Assembly (NCBI GenBank): GCA_965242695.1
Contig: CBDESU010000001.1
Span: forward strand, 448,001-512,000
DNA: 64,000 nt
DNA from: Cenarchaeum sp.
GTDB lineage: Archaea; Thermoproteota; Nitrososphaeria; Nitrososphaerales; Nitrosopumilaceae
Direction: 5' to 3'
Under the pieces are notes generated by a model. The model ran no database searches. It was not told where the DNA came from and was given only the letters and a program-made list of their open reading frames with translations. Within the stretch, counting starts at the first letter, position 1, and the number at the start of each line of letters is the position of its first letter. Below, piece by piece: positions 1-12,800 of the stretch. Both the position numbers and the translations under genes were made by a program.

Positions 1-645
1 ATATCCCTTGACGGCCAGGCCGGCGGCCGCGCGTTCTACATCGAGGGCGGAGCGGACGGCGCGATTATGCCGATCGACCTGGCATGCGCGGCAGACGACA
101 CGGAGCGGGTCCATCGCCAGCTCGACGGCGCAGGCAAGTGCAGGATCGAGTCGGGAGGCGACATGGTGGTCCACACGTACCACCTGACGCGGTTCGGCAC
201 GGCCGCATCCGAGCGCGGCACGCCGCCGCCCGTCGACCACACGTGCTCGATGCGCCTCGGCACGGAACGCCTGGCAGCGCAGGCCCGCCCCGGCGACTAT
301 TCCGATGCGGCCGAGCAGGCGGTGGTAAACTCGGGGTCGCTGCCGTTCTCGAGCGTCGAGCTCGAGGCGACCCCGTGGTCCGTCACTCCCCTCCCGGGCG
401 CGCCTGTCCAGAACACAACATTGTCGCAGCTTCCGACCAACGCCACGCTGCTGAGCGCGGCCGGATCGGATGCGGGATTTGTCCCGCTGCCGGCAGGCGG
501 CGCCGCCGTCGTCGCAAGCGGCCTTGGCGGCGGCCTAGAAGCGCCGCTGTGGTTCATGCTCAACCTGACGGGGCACGCCCAGGTGGAGGGAGCCGAACTG
601 GCGCAGCGCGTCGAGTACACGGCAGAGTGCGCCGGCGCCAGGTAG
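1..645 (+). CDS. 3' end of a secreted/surface protein (5'-truncated by the window), with HLT-x-F domain and anchorless C-terminal domain
   Basis: Frame 1 is open from base 1 (ISLDGQAGGRAFYIEGGADGAIMPIDLACAADD...GKCRIESGGDMVVHTYHLTRFG). It is homologous to the domain at about 13260-13540 and 29510-29755 of the two giant proteins. No C-terminal TM segment. Confidence 0.85.
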   Translation: MSLDGQAGGRAFYIEGGADGAIMPIDLACAADDTERVHRQLDGAGKCRIESGGDMVVHTYHLTRFGTAASERGTPPPVDHTCSMRLGTERLAAQARPGDYSDAAEQAVVNSGSLPFSSVELEATPWSVTPLPGAPVQNTTLSQLPTNATLLSAAGSDAGFVPLPAGGAAVVASGLGGGLEAPLWFMLNLTGHAQVEGAELAQRVEYTAECAGAR

Positions 646-768
646 CCCCCGCCCACTCCACTCTGGGCGCCGCGGCCCCTGATGCGGCTGCCGCATCGGC
701 GCGATCCACCCCGTCCTGTAGCGCAACCGCCGCCTCGATCGGCCAAAAATCCCCCCGCAGGCGCGAGT

Positions 769-778
769 GGGGGGGGGG
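769..778. repeat. G10 homopolymer in the intergenic region upstream of giant gene 1
   Basis: Read directly; could pair with C6 at 751-756 inside ccaaaa(743)...ttttgg(792). Confidence 0.8.
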
Positions 779-894
779 TGAACAACTTTTGGGATCCTGC
801 AGGCACGGCAGGCGGCCAGCACACTTAAGAGGTTGCAGGGCGGCGGCGGGCCGTGCATGAGGCCATAAGCGTCTCCGCCTTGCGAGCGCGGCAG

Positions 895-3800
895 ATGCCG
901 GGATCCAATTCTAGATGTGGGGGGGGGCGGGAGTCGGAAAGGGGGCGGCGCGGCGTGAATAGGGGCGCGGCGCGCCGGCGGCCAGCCCCTGCCGCGGCGC
1001 TTGCGCTGGCAGCTGTTGCTGTCGCCGCCGTGGCGATCGCGCTGCCGGCCGGAGGCGGAGACGGCGCCGTCTGCCGCACTGCGCCGCCGATCTGCCGCAC
1101 TGCCGCCGCCGTCCCGCCAGAGCTCTGCGATGCGCCCGCCGCGTCCCATGCGCCCGCGCCGCCGGCCGCCTCGGAATGGCTCGGCCGGCTTGCCGGCGAT
1201 GCGCTAGGCGCCGTGCTTCCTCCGGCAGAGGCGGCCACGTGCTCCCGGATCGCCGATGCGTACATCTTTGACGGGGACAAGTTGGTGATCACGTACACCA
1301 GGCCGGTAGACATAAGGTACGACCACATAAGGCCGTCGACCGACGGCACGATATCAAGGGCGCACTGCACGGGCGGCGACAACCGCGCCGCCTGCTACGA
1401 CGTACTGGCGCACCACGAGGCATGCTACGTCCAGACGCTCAGGGGCCCCCAGCTGAGCGGCTCCGGGGTAGCCTCCTGCAACGCCGTCTCCGAGCGGCAC
1501 CCATGGGGAGGGCGGGAGATACTGAGCGTTCAGGGCAACTCGACGTTCGATCTTGTCACCATCGGGACCCACATAAAGTTTTGGGAAGACTACTATTACA
1601 GCGACACGGGGTACAGAAGCACCGCCCACCTGACGGACGGGACGACCGCGAGGTTCTCGGCCGTCCGCACGGGCGGCGACTGCTTTCCGGCCGGCACCTA
1701 CACGGCACGGGATGCCCTGCCTCCGTCGGTCGACCGCACGCTGGAGCCGACGCTGGATCTTGCGGCCGGCCAGCTGAAATTCAGGTCTACAGAGCCCCTC
1801 TCTGGAACCGCCCTGCCCGGCACCATCAGGATCGCCGGCGTCACGGCGCTCGACGCGGCCTCGCGCGTGAGCGTCTCGCGAGGCACCGACGTCACGGTGG
1901 CCCTCACCCCCGGCGACCATGATCTGCTCAACTCGCGGCTCGCCCGGGCGTCGACGGACACCTTCAAGACAGTCAACCTTGGGCTGCACGACTATTCGGG
2001 CAACGCCTTCCATACGGGCAGGTGGTGGCAGACCTTTGCGATCGTCCACGACAACGCCGCGCCCACGCTGCAGTACTGGTGGCTGGACTTCAACACGGGA
2101 GTGCTTACCCTGAGATTCAACGAGGCCGTGCACTGGATATACACCCCGTACGTGTACCTGGAAGATCCGCGCGGCGGCAACCGCCACTCCCTTGCGTCCG
2201 CCACCGCCCCGTCCAGCCTGCGCACCGCGACCGTCGAGCTCACAATTCCACCGAGCCTGCTCGAGACGCTCGGCGACGTGCACAGGGGGCACAAGACTGC
2301 CCAGCACACCGGCCTGCGGCTAGACCTGCTGCGCGGCGCCACGGCCGACAACTTGAACAACCGCTTTGCGGGACTGCTCGACAGGGAGATCGGGGTCACA
2401 GAGGACAGCGTGGCGCCGCGGATCGCGTCCGGCACGGCGCCTGCGCTGGACATGGCCCGGCACACGCTGGCCCTCACGTTCGACGAGCGCATCGACGTCT
2501 CCGAGTCCAACGCGGGCAGGATAAAGGTGGCCAATTCCACCGACCATGTGTACCTGCAAGGCGGGTCGGTCGGCGGCCGCGACGGCAGGTCAGTGGTCGT
2601 GTCGTTCGGCAGCATCGTCAAGGCTGAAATCGCCGACCTTGGCACGCCGCTGACCGTCTCGCTCGATGCCGGCGCATTCAAGGACATGTGGGGCAACGGC
2701 AACGCGGCATCGCAGGCGCTGGCCGCGACCGTCGGGCGCGACTGGGTGCGGCCGGGATTTAACGGCGCCTCGCTCGACCTCGAGACGGGCGACCTGGCGG
2801 CAACGTTCAGCGAGGCAGTATACGTCGACCGCGTATACGCGGTAGGCTATACCCTGCACGTGGCGGACCAGACTGCGCCGCAGCAGAAGATCCGCGTGAA
2901 CCTGCGGGGCGCGGACGTTGTAACGGACGGCCGGTACGCCGACGCGGTCACGCTGCGGCTGACCGCGGCGCAGAGGGCCGCCGTCATCGGCGCCGGCGGC
3001 CCGTCGCCTGACGTACGGATAACCGTCGGCGGCTGGGCGTTCAGCGACTATCCTGTGGGCAACCATGGGTGGTACTTTCCGCTACCGGGGTCGCAGGTGG
3101 CCGTCTCGCCCGACACCGGCGCGCCGTCGAACGCGAGCGTGCCCCTGTTGGACCTGGCCAACGGGACGATCCGCATCCAGTTCGACGAGCACGTCGACCG
3201 GTCGGCGTTCAACGCGTCGGGCATGCGGGCCGAGGCGGCCAACGGCTCGTCGCTGTCCCTGGCCGGCGCCGTGCCGGCTGCCGCGTGGACGGGCCGAACG
3301 GCCGTGCTGGATCTGCCGCCCCCCCTCGCGGCTGCGGTCAGGCAGGCGTACGGAACCGGCGGCCAGCTGCTCCTGACCGTGCCGAATACGGCGTTCTCGG
3401 ACCTGTCGGGAAACCGGTTCGCCGGCATGGCCAGGGTCGACATGGTCGCCGTGGGAGAGACGGGCCCGCTGCTGCTAGTGCACGGACCCCGCCTGGACCT
3501 GGGCACCGGCATCCTTGAGATGGGGTTCGACCGGGCCGTGCTCGCGCCCGACACCCTTGCAGGCGTCTCCATAGGCGGCAACGGGACCTCGCCGGTGCCC
3601 CTGGACGGCGCCGGCGCGAGCCTCGCCGGCACGCCGCCGAGCAACCTTTCGATCGCGCTGACGGACGCGCAAAAGGCCGGCGCGGCGGCGGCGCACAGGG
3701 ACGGCGGATACCTGACGCTCCACGTGCCGCCGACCACGTTCAGCGACGTGCACCACCACCGCTTTGCGGGCCTCCAGAACGCCGCGCTGCAGGCCGAGCC

Positions 3801-6800
3801 CGACGCGCTGCCGCCCGCGCTGGAATCGGCCCCTGCGTTCAACGTCGCCGCCGGCACCGTGTCGATGTCGTTTGACGAGTACGTCGTACTCGGCACGGTC
3901 GCTCCGGGCGGGATCGACGTGTACAACCCGCACCGGGAAACGTCCCTGGCCGGCGCCGCGGTGTCCGCGCAGGGAGCGGGAGGCGGAGGAGTCTTGGACG
4001 CGGGCGTTGTGGTCACGCTGACGCCGCTGCAGCGCGCCCTCGTGTACATTGCAATGCACAGCGACCCGAACATATACGTCCGCGTGTCGAACTCGTCGAT
4101 ATTCGACGTGTCGGGCAACGCGTTTGCAGGCGTGGACACGGGCGCGCCGCCCGGCACGGGCGGCAATCCGGGCAGCCCGCGCGCCGCCGCCGACCCAGGG
4201 CTGCCGCCGCCCGCACTGCGGCCGGGATCCGAGCAGGCCGTTCCGCGGGGCGGCGGCGGAGATGGCGGCGCCCTGCCGCTTCCGCACCTGCCGGGCCACA
4301 AGGGGCCGATCGGGCCTGCGCCGCCGGGCGAAGGCACTGGCGGCGGCGCCCCGATGCGCTCCAGCCACCTGTCGAGCACGCTGGTGCTCAACCGCGGCGC
4401 GGACTCGCCGGTGCGCCTGGACCTGAATACCGGTATACTAGAGGTCGAGTTCACCTCGTGGGCGTACCTGCCGTTGACCAACCTGACGGAGGCGGCCATA
4501 CGCGCCGGCGGCGTCAATGTGACGCTCGAGGGTGCCGCCGTCGACACATCGCACGGCCTGCTGGGATTCTTCAACGAGACGGTCGTCATAAACCTGACGG
4601 CTGCGCAAAAGGCCGCCGTCGCGGCGGCCGGCACAGAGGCGCGGCTTGTCGCGGCCGTCGGGTCGTTTGCCGACGCTTCGCGTAAACTGTCCCTGGCCAT
4701 GAACGAGGCCATCGACATAACGCCCGACACGACGCCCCCGTCGCTCGTGCGGCAGGGCGCCGGCGGGCCGGCGCTGGATCTCGGCGCCGGCACCGTCGCG
4801 CTCGCGTACGACGAGCACGTGGCAGAGCCGGGCGGCGGGTTCGATGCCGGCCTGCTCGCGGTCGATGCCGGCGGGGAGCGCATGCGGCTCGACGGCGCGC
4901 AGGGCATGGATGCCGTCAACGAGACCGTAACGGTGTCCCTTGCGCCGGACCAAAAGGCGCGGCTCGCAGCCGCAGTGTCGGCGGCCGCAGGCATGGGCGC
5001 GGCCGCGACGATCGATGTTGCGCCGGGCGCGGCGGCGGACGTCTCGGGCAATGCCGCGCCGGGCGCGGCGGACGTGCCCCTCTTGGTGGGCGGCGACACG
5101 GCGGCGCCGATGCTTGCATCGCCGCCGGTCCTGAACCTGGGCACCGGCATGCTCGTGCTAGACTTTGACGAGTACGTCGCCGTCGGGGATGTCAGGCCGC
5201 AGGACGTCGCCGTGGCGGACAGGAACGGGGGCGGAAGCGAGTCGCCGTCGTCGGTGGCATCAGAGGGCGACGGCGCCCGCATACTGCTCGCATTCCTGCC
5301 GGCGCAGTCCGATGCCCTCGCGCTGTCGAACGCGACGGCGGGGCCCCTCGCGCTCACAATCGCCGGCTCGGCCGGCATCGCCGACCTGTCGGGCAATCCG
5401 TTCGCGGGGCTGTCCGGCGCAAACCTTACGGTCGTCGACGACTCGACGCCGCCGGCCCTCCTGCCCGGGACGATCCCCCAGCTGGACATCGGCGCCGGCA
5501 CGGTCTCGATGATGTTCACCGAGCACATTCCGGCCGACGGCATCGACCTGTCGGGCGCGGCGATCGAGGACGTCAACGGCGCAAGCCGCATCCCGCTCGC
5601 CGGCGCGGCCGTCCTGCCGCCGTCGGGCCCAGAGGTGGAGCGCAGGACAATCGACGACGACACGCTCCGCATAGTCCTCACGCCGGCCCAAAGGGCCGCC
5701 GTCGCACTGGCCAGCCTAGAGGCCGGCCCCGTCCGGATCGACGTCCCGTCGTCGGCCATAGCGGATGCGGCCGGCCTGCGGTTCGCCGGCCTGTCGAACG
5801 CGCCGCTCGGCATCGCGCCGGATGCTACGCCTCCCGAGATCCCGCCGGGCTCGCCGCCCGTCCTGGACCTGTCCTCGGGCCTGCTCGCCGTCCCGTTCAC
5901 CGAGCACGTCGATGCGCCCGGCGCGAGCATCCTGGGCGCGTTCCTGACGGCCTCTGGCGCATCGAACGCGGCCGCTCCCTCTACGATTCCGCTCGCCGGC
6001 GGGGCGGCAATCGTCGTGCCTGCGCCGCCCGGCAGCGCCTCCTTGACGGTGCGGCTGTCTGCCGGCCAGCTGGCGGCAGTGGCCGCCGCCGGCGCCTCTT
6101 CCGCGGTAAACCTGACCGTGCCTGCCGGCGCCGTCTCCGACCTGTCGGGCAACCCGTTCGCCGGCCTCGCCGGCGAGCCGATCGCCGTCGTGCTCGACGA
6201 GGCTCCCCCCGCCCTGGCATCCCTGCCGGTGATCGACCTTGACGACGGAACCGTCCTGATTACGTTTGGCGAGTACGTCGATGCCGGCGCGGCAAACGCC
6301 ACGGGCATATCCGTCGCGGGGCCGGGCGGGGCCGGCCGGCCGGGCGATCCGCATGCGGGCCCCGCCATGGTGGGCCTGGAGGGGGCCGCGATATCCGTCC
6401 ATCCGCCGCCCCCGTACGGACGACAGGGGGGCCAGGCGGACTTGCCGGCATCGGCGGCCGCATCCCTGTCGATCCTGGTCACGATGACGGCCGAGCAAAA
6501 GGCCGCCGCCGCCGCATCGGCGGCCTCGGAGGTATCCATCGACGGGCACACCGCCTCCATCCACGACATGTCGGGCAACCGGTACGGCGGGATCGACCGC
6601 GGCCGAGCCCTGGTCGCGCCCGACGAGACTGGCCCCGCGCCGGCATCGGCCTCGCTCGACCTGGGGGCGGGGACGCTGTCCATATCGTTTGACGAGCACG
6701 TGCACGCCGGGGCCGCCGTCGACCCGGCCGGCCTTGTGGTCGCAGTCGCGCCGCCTGCGGGCCAGTCCGCCGCGCTGCCGCCCCCTGCCGCCGTCCGGGT

Positions 6801-9800
6801 CGGACTTGACGGCGCCGCGGCATCGGCCTCGGAGAATGCGGTCACGGTGGTGCTGGCGGGGGATCAGAGGGCCGCCCTGCAGGATGCCGCCGGGCGGGCT
6901 GCGGGAGGCGCCCCGGCCATATCGCTCGACATTGCGCGCGGATTCGCCGAGGATCTGGCGGGCAATCCGATGGCCGCCGCCCGCGGCCTGGCCGCATTGC
7001 TCGTGCCGGATCGGACGCCGCCGGGCCTGGCCGCCGCCGGCATCGGCCCCGTCCTGAACCTGGCGTCGGGAACGCTGACGCTCGCGTTCGACGAGTACAT
7101 CGACGCGCAGGGAGTGCGCCTGCACGACGTCTCGATCGCGGGCCCCGACGGGCAGAACCGGACGGCCCTTGGCGGGGCATCGCTTGCGGGAATCGCCGAC
7201 TCTGGCCTTGTCACGGTGCGCCTGACCCCCGGGCAGGCCGATGCCGCAAGGTCGCTCAACGCGAGCGCCGCCGGCCGGCCCCTCGTTGCGAGCGCCGCCG
7301 CCGGCGCGTTCCAGGACCTGGCGGGAAACCCGTCGCCCGAAAACCTCTTCTCCGGCGCCGCCCTGTCCGCAACGGGGGAGGCCGGGCGGCCGGGGCTTGC
7401 AGGCATGCCCGTGCTGGACCTGGCCAACGGCACCGTGCGAATCGCGTTCGACAGGGCCGTGGAGGCGCCTCTGGCCAGCCTGCGCGGCATCTACGTCATG
7501 GGGGCGGACAGGACGGGCGGGGCGACCAGCCTTGCCGGCGCCGAGATGTACAGCGCGCCGGGATCTTCCGAGATCGCCGTCGGGCTTACCGGCGCGCAAA
7601 AGGCGTCGATCGCAAGATCGTACTCCCTGACGGGCTCGGAGGGCGCGACGATCGACGTCTCGGCCGCGGCTGGCATCGCCGACCGCTGGCGCAACGCGTT
7701 CGAGGGCCTGGCCGCCGAGCCGATGGACGTTGTTCCCGACGGCGCGCCGCCGGGCCTGTCCGGCGCGGCAGTCGACCTGTCGGCTGGCACCGTCCGGCTC
7801 GACTTTGACGAGTTCGTCGCAGCCGGCGGCGCGGATCCGTCGGCGGTGCGCATGGCATCCTCGGGCGGCGCACCGGACATACCGCTTGCCGGCGCCCGCA
7901 TCCTTGCCGCCGCGGACGGGCCGTCCGTCCTCCTTGGAATGACCGCATCGCAAAAGGCCGCCGCCGCCGCGGCCCACGCCGCCGGATCGTCCCTGTCGAT
8001 ACTGGCCGGGCCGGGCGAAGTGGTGAGCGACCTGTCGGGCAACGCGTACGCGGGCGCGGCCGGGGCGCAGCCTGCGCCGGCCGACGTCGCGGCCGACGCC
8101 GCATCGCCGTCGCTCGATGCGCGCCTCGGGGATCCCGTACTGGACCTGGGCTCGGGCGTGCTGACGCTCGCATTCGACGAGCATCTTGCGCCCGGCAATG
8201 CCGGCGGCGCCGTGTCGCTCCTGCCCGGCGCGCCGGGGTCGGCCCCGGTCCAGCTTTTGCCCCTCCCTCCGTCGTCGGGCAGCGGCAACCGGTCGGGGCC
8301 GTCCGTCGAGTCGTCGACGGCGGCATTCCAGCTCTCGCCAGTGCAGAAGGGGAGCCTGCTCGCCGGCGGCGCCGGAGCCGGCGCGGCGGCGGCCCAGCTC
8401 GTGCGCCTCGACATGGGGCCTGGCGCCCTTGCCGACCTGGCGGGAAACCCGTCCGCCGCGGCCCTGGCGCGGCCCGTCCAGGTCGTCCCAGACTCCGCCC
8501 CGCCCTCGCTTGATCCCGACCTGCCGCCGGCGCTCGACCTGGGCAGCGGGGCGCTGCGCATTGCATTTGACGAGCCGATCGACATCCTGTCGTCCGACCT
8601 GTCGGGCCTGTCGCTGTCGGCATCGGCCTCCGAAGGCGGGGATGCGCCAGAGCCGGTCGCGCTTTCGGCGGCCCACCTGGAGCCGCCGTACGGCTGGGCC
8701 TCTTCGGTGACCGTCCTGCTCACGAGGGACGAGAGGGGGCAGCTGGGGGCCGGCGTGGCCGCGGCGGCGGCCGCCGCCGGCGACGGCGCCTCGCCCGGGG
8801 TCGTACTGCGCATCGCATCCGGCGCGTTCGCCGACATGTCGGGGAACGGCATCGAGGCGGCCGAGCTGGCCGTCGAGGCGGCCGCCGATGCCGACCCGCC
8901 GCACCTTGACCGGTCCGCGCCGCCGCTGCTCCACACCGGCGCCTCGCCGCCGAGCCTAGAGTTCGACTTTGACGAGTACGTGGACGTCTCCGGAATCGAC
9001 ACGTCTGGTATAGTACTGGGGGCCGCCGGGGCCAACCTCAGCGTGCCGCTTGCCGGCGCGTCCGCCTACGCGGCGCAGCTTGGGCCCGGGCAGCAGGGCG
9101 ACGGCTACCGGGTCAGGATCCCGCTCACCGATGCGCAGGCCTCGGCGGCCGCATCCGCGCTCGCCGGCGGCGCGCGGCTGGTCGTCGACGCGCCAGAGGG
9201 GGCGTTTGCCGACCTGGCCGGCAACGCGTTTGCCGGCCTCGGAGGCCACGGCGTCCTGGCAAGCGGCGACGTCGCGGCGCCCGCCATGGCGGCCTCGCCC
9301 CACCTGCACCTGGGCCTGCACGTGCTGACCCTGGCGTTCGGCGAGCCCGTAAGGCTTGCCGCCGACGGCCTGGCCGGCATCGAGCTGTCCGGCTCGAACG
9401 GCTCGCACAGGACGTCGCTCGACGGCGCGCTAGCGCCGCCCGGCCCCTCGACGGCGCTGCGCATCGAGCTTGGGGCCGCGCAGGCCGAGCGGGCAAAGTC
9501 CGCGCTGCGGGCCGACGGCGGCCTGGCGATATCGATCTCGGCAGAGGCGGTGCAGGACCTCTCGTACAACCACTTTGCGGGGCTGCGGGATGCGCACGTG
9601 GATGCAATCCTCGACGCGAGGGGGCCAGAACTGGTCGAAGCGGGGCGGCATGCGCCCTCGCTCGACCTTGCCGGCGGCCTGCTCACCGTCCAGTTCAGCG
9701 AGGCCGTGGATGCGGCGCGGTACAACCTGACGGGCGCGACGATATCGCGCGCCGCCGGCGCCGGCGGCGGCCCGCCGGTGGATCTTGGCGGCGCGACTGT

Positions 9801-12800
9801 CCTGGCAGGCGGCGCCGGCGGCGGCCAGCCGTCGCCGACGACCCGCATTGCGATAACGGACCTGCAAAAGTCGGCGCTTGTCGGAGGCGGCTTCGGGGCG
9901 GCGGCCTTGGGGCAGGCGGCCCTCCTGTCTATTCCGGCAGGAGCCTTTTACGACATGGAGGGCAACGCCGCGCCCGCGGTGGACGGGGCGCCGCTGGCGG
10001 TTGCCCCCGATGCGGCAGGCCCGTCGTTCGACTCGCATGCGGCCCCGCCCGTCCTGGACCTGGAAAGGGGCATCCTCGAGGTGCGCTTTGACGAGCCGGT
10101 CGAGATCTCTTGGCCGGCAGCCAGCGGCGGCGTTCCTGCATCGGGGCCGCTCCCGAGGCTGGACATTGCAGTGTTCGACGGCTCGTCGGGAGGCGACGGG
10201 CGGCACCGCGTGCCGATTGCCGCGCCGCCGGCGGAGCTGCCGCAAGAGGGAGGCGCCGCCAGCAGAACGATCTCGATCTCGCTCGATCCGGGCCAGAGGG
10301 CCGCCCTGGCCGATGCAATCGACGCCTCTGCGCTGCTCGGCTTTGGGGCCGGCGCGGTCCTTGTCGCAGGCGACGGCCTTGTGCGCGACCTGTCCGGAAA
10401 CGGCCTTGCGGGATACGCCGCCGGCGCAGGGGGAACAGGCGGCACGGCGCTGGCCGTCGTGCCGGATGCCGCTCCGCCGGCCCTCGACCCGCGCCGCCCG
10501 CCCGTGCTGGACATGGGATCGGGCATGCTGACGGCGTGGTTTGACGAGTATGTAGTCCTGGCGGCCGGCCCTGCCGGCCCCGCCGCGCTGGAGATTGAGA
10601 TGAACGGAACCGGAACCGGAACCGGAACCGTCGGCGGATCCCTCTCCCTGGCCGGCGCCTCGGTGCAGGCGCCGCCCGCGGACGGATCCGAAGAGGTCGT
10701 CGTGCGTTTGACGCACGACCAAAAGGCGTGGCTGGCCGCCGCCGGCGCCGCCGGCCCCGATGCGCGGCCCGTCCTGCGCGTGGGCCCCGGCGCGGCCGCG
10801 GATCTGCACGGAAACCCGAACGCGGCCGCATCGGCGCCGGCCGTGCTCGTGCGACCCGATGCGGCCCCGCCGCGGCTAGAGGCCCCGCCCGTCCTGAACA
10901 CCGCCCTGGGGGACGTCCACTTTGATCTTGACGAGTTTGCAGACGCGCGGCGGGCCGCCCCTGAGGGGCTGGCGATCGAGAATGCGGACGGCTCGCAGCA
11001 CGTGCGCCTTGCGGGGGCCGGAGCCAGGGCCGTGCCGGCCGGGGCGGGGCTGCCTGCCGACTATTCGGATCGCATCGACGTCGAGCCGGCAGGCGCGCAG
11101 CTTGCCGCCATACTCGGGTACGCCTCGGCAGGCGGCCCGGCCGCGGTCCGGCTCAACATGTCCGGCGCCGCATTCGAGGACATGGCCGGCAACGCCATCG
11201 CGCCGCTTGCGCGCGCGCCGCTGACTGTAACCGACGACGCCGGCGGCCCCGATCTGCTGTCCGTGCGCGTCGACCTCGGCGACGGGGACGTATCCCTGTC
11301 GTTCAACGAGACCGTCGATGCCGCAGGCGCGATCCTCTCGCAGATGCGCCTTGGCCCGCCGGGCGGCGCAGGCGGCGGCATCTCCCTTGCCGGAGCGTCC
11401 CTGCTGCTGCCGCACGGCGTAGAGTCGGACAGGATCGAGCTGCAGCTGTCCGGCGCGCAAAAGGCCGCCGCCGCGGCGGCGCACGCCGCATCCGCCCCGG
11501 GAAGCGGCCTGGCCCTTGCCGCCCCGCCGGGCGCCGTCGACGACGCGTACGGCAACCATGCCGGACGCCTGAACGCCAGCGCGGCGGTCGAGCCAGACGC
11601 GACGCCGCCGGCGCTGCTGCCTGCCCATTCGGGCCGCGACGCGCCGCACCTCGACCTTGGCACCGGGGTGCTAACGCTCCGGTTCAGCGAGCATGTCGCC
11701 ACGGCGGCCATCGACCCGTCGGGCATATCCGTGCGCGGCGCCAGTGCGGCGGGCGACGCCAGCGGCGGCAGCGGCCTGGCGGTCAATCTCGCCGGCGCAT
11801 CCGTATCGCAGGCCCGCGAAGGGCCCTACTCGGACTCGATCTCGATAAGGATGGCGCCGGAGTCAAAGGCGGCAGCGGCTGCGTCCGTCGGCCCCCGCTC
11901 GCTTGCCGGCCTGCTCGACATCGGCGCGAACGCATCGGTTGCAGACCCGTCGTCGGTGGGCATGCTGCCCGTGTCCGGCGCGCCGCTGCTTGTGAGGCCC
12001 GACAGGTCGCCTCCCGTCGTCGATGCGGCCCGCTCGTACGTAGACCTGCGCGACGGCACGGTGGCGATCGCGTTTGACGAGTACGTCGAGGCGGTCGACA
12101 CGTCGAGGATGGCCGTCGGCGCGCAAGGCGCCGCCGATGCGGTCTCTTTGGGATCCTTGTCCGCCCCCGCGGCCCCGTCCGATACGGTGGTCGTGCGCAT
12201 GACGGCAGACCAGACGCTCGCAGTCGCATCTCTCCTCGAGGCCGCCTCGGCCGGCGGCGCAGAGGCGGAGGGGCGCGCCGTCCTGCACATCGGGCCGGGA
12301 GCGCTCGCCGACGCGTCCGGCAACCGGTTCGCCGGCACCCCCGCCGGCGCCGGCCTGGTCCCGGGCTCTACGCTGCCGCCGATATCCGTAATCGGCGCAT
12401 CCGTGACCGCGCCCGGCACCGTCGAGATCGAGTACTCGCACGCCGTAGAGTCCTCTCCAGAGGACTATGCGCTAGAGGTGGACGGCGAGCGGCGCACGAT
12501 CGCCGGCGTGTCCGGCTCGGGCGGCGCGGTGTACGCGGTATCATTCGAGCCGGCCGATGCCCGGCCGGATGCGGCCGGAACGGTCTCGATCGGCAGGCTG
12601 TCGGGCCCCGGCTACCTGTTTGGCGGCGCCGATGCCGCTGCGGTGTCCGACGGGCAGGCGCCGAGCGCGGTGTCCGCCGCCGCGGTCGGCGCCTCGGCCG
12701 TATCGCTGCACTTTGACGAGCCGGTCGCCGGCGTCGACGCGTCCGACTTGGCCGTAGCAGGGGTCGGCTCGAGGGCCGTCGAGATCGCCGGCGTGTCCGG

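Noticed and set aside
4135-4380. Collagen-like segment in giant protein 1
   Set aside because: Only a few Gly-X-Y triplets; better read as a Pro/Gly linker.
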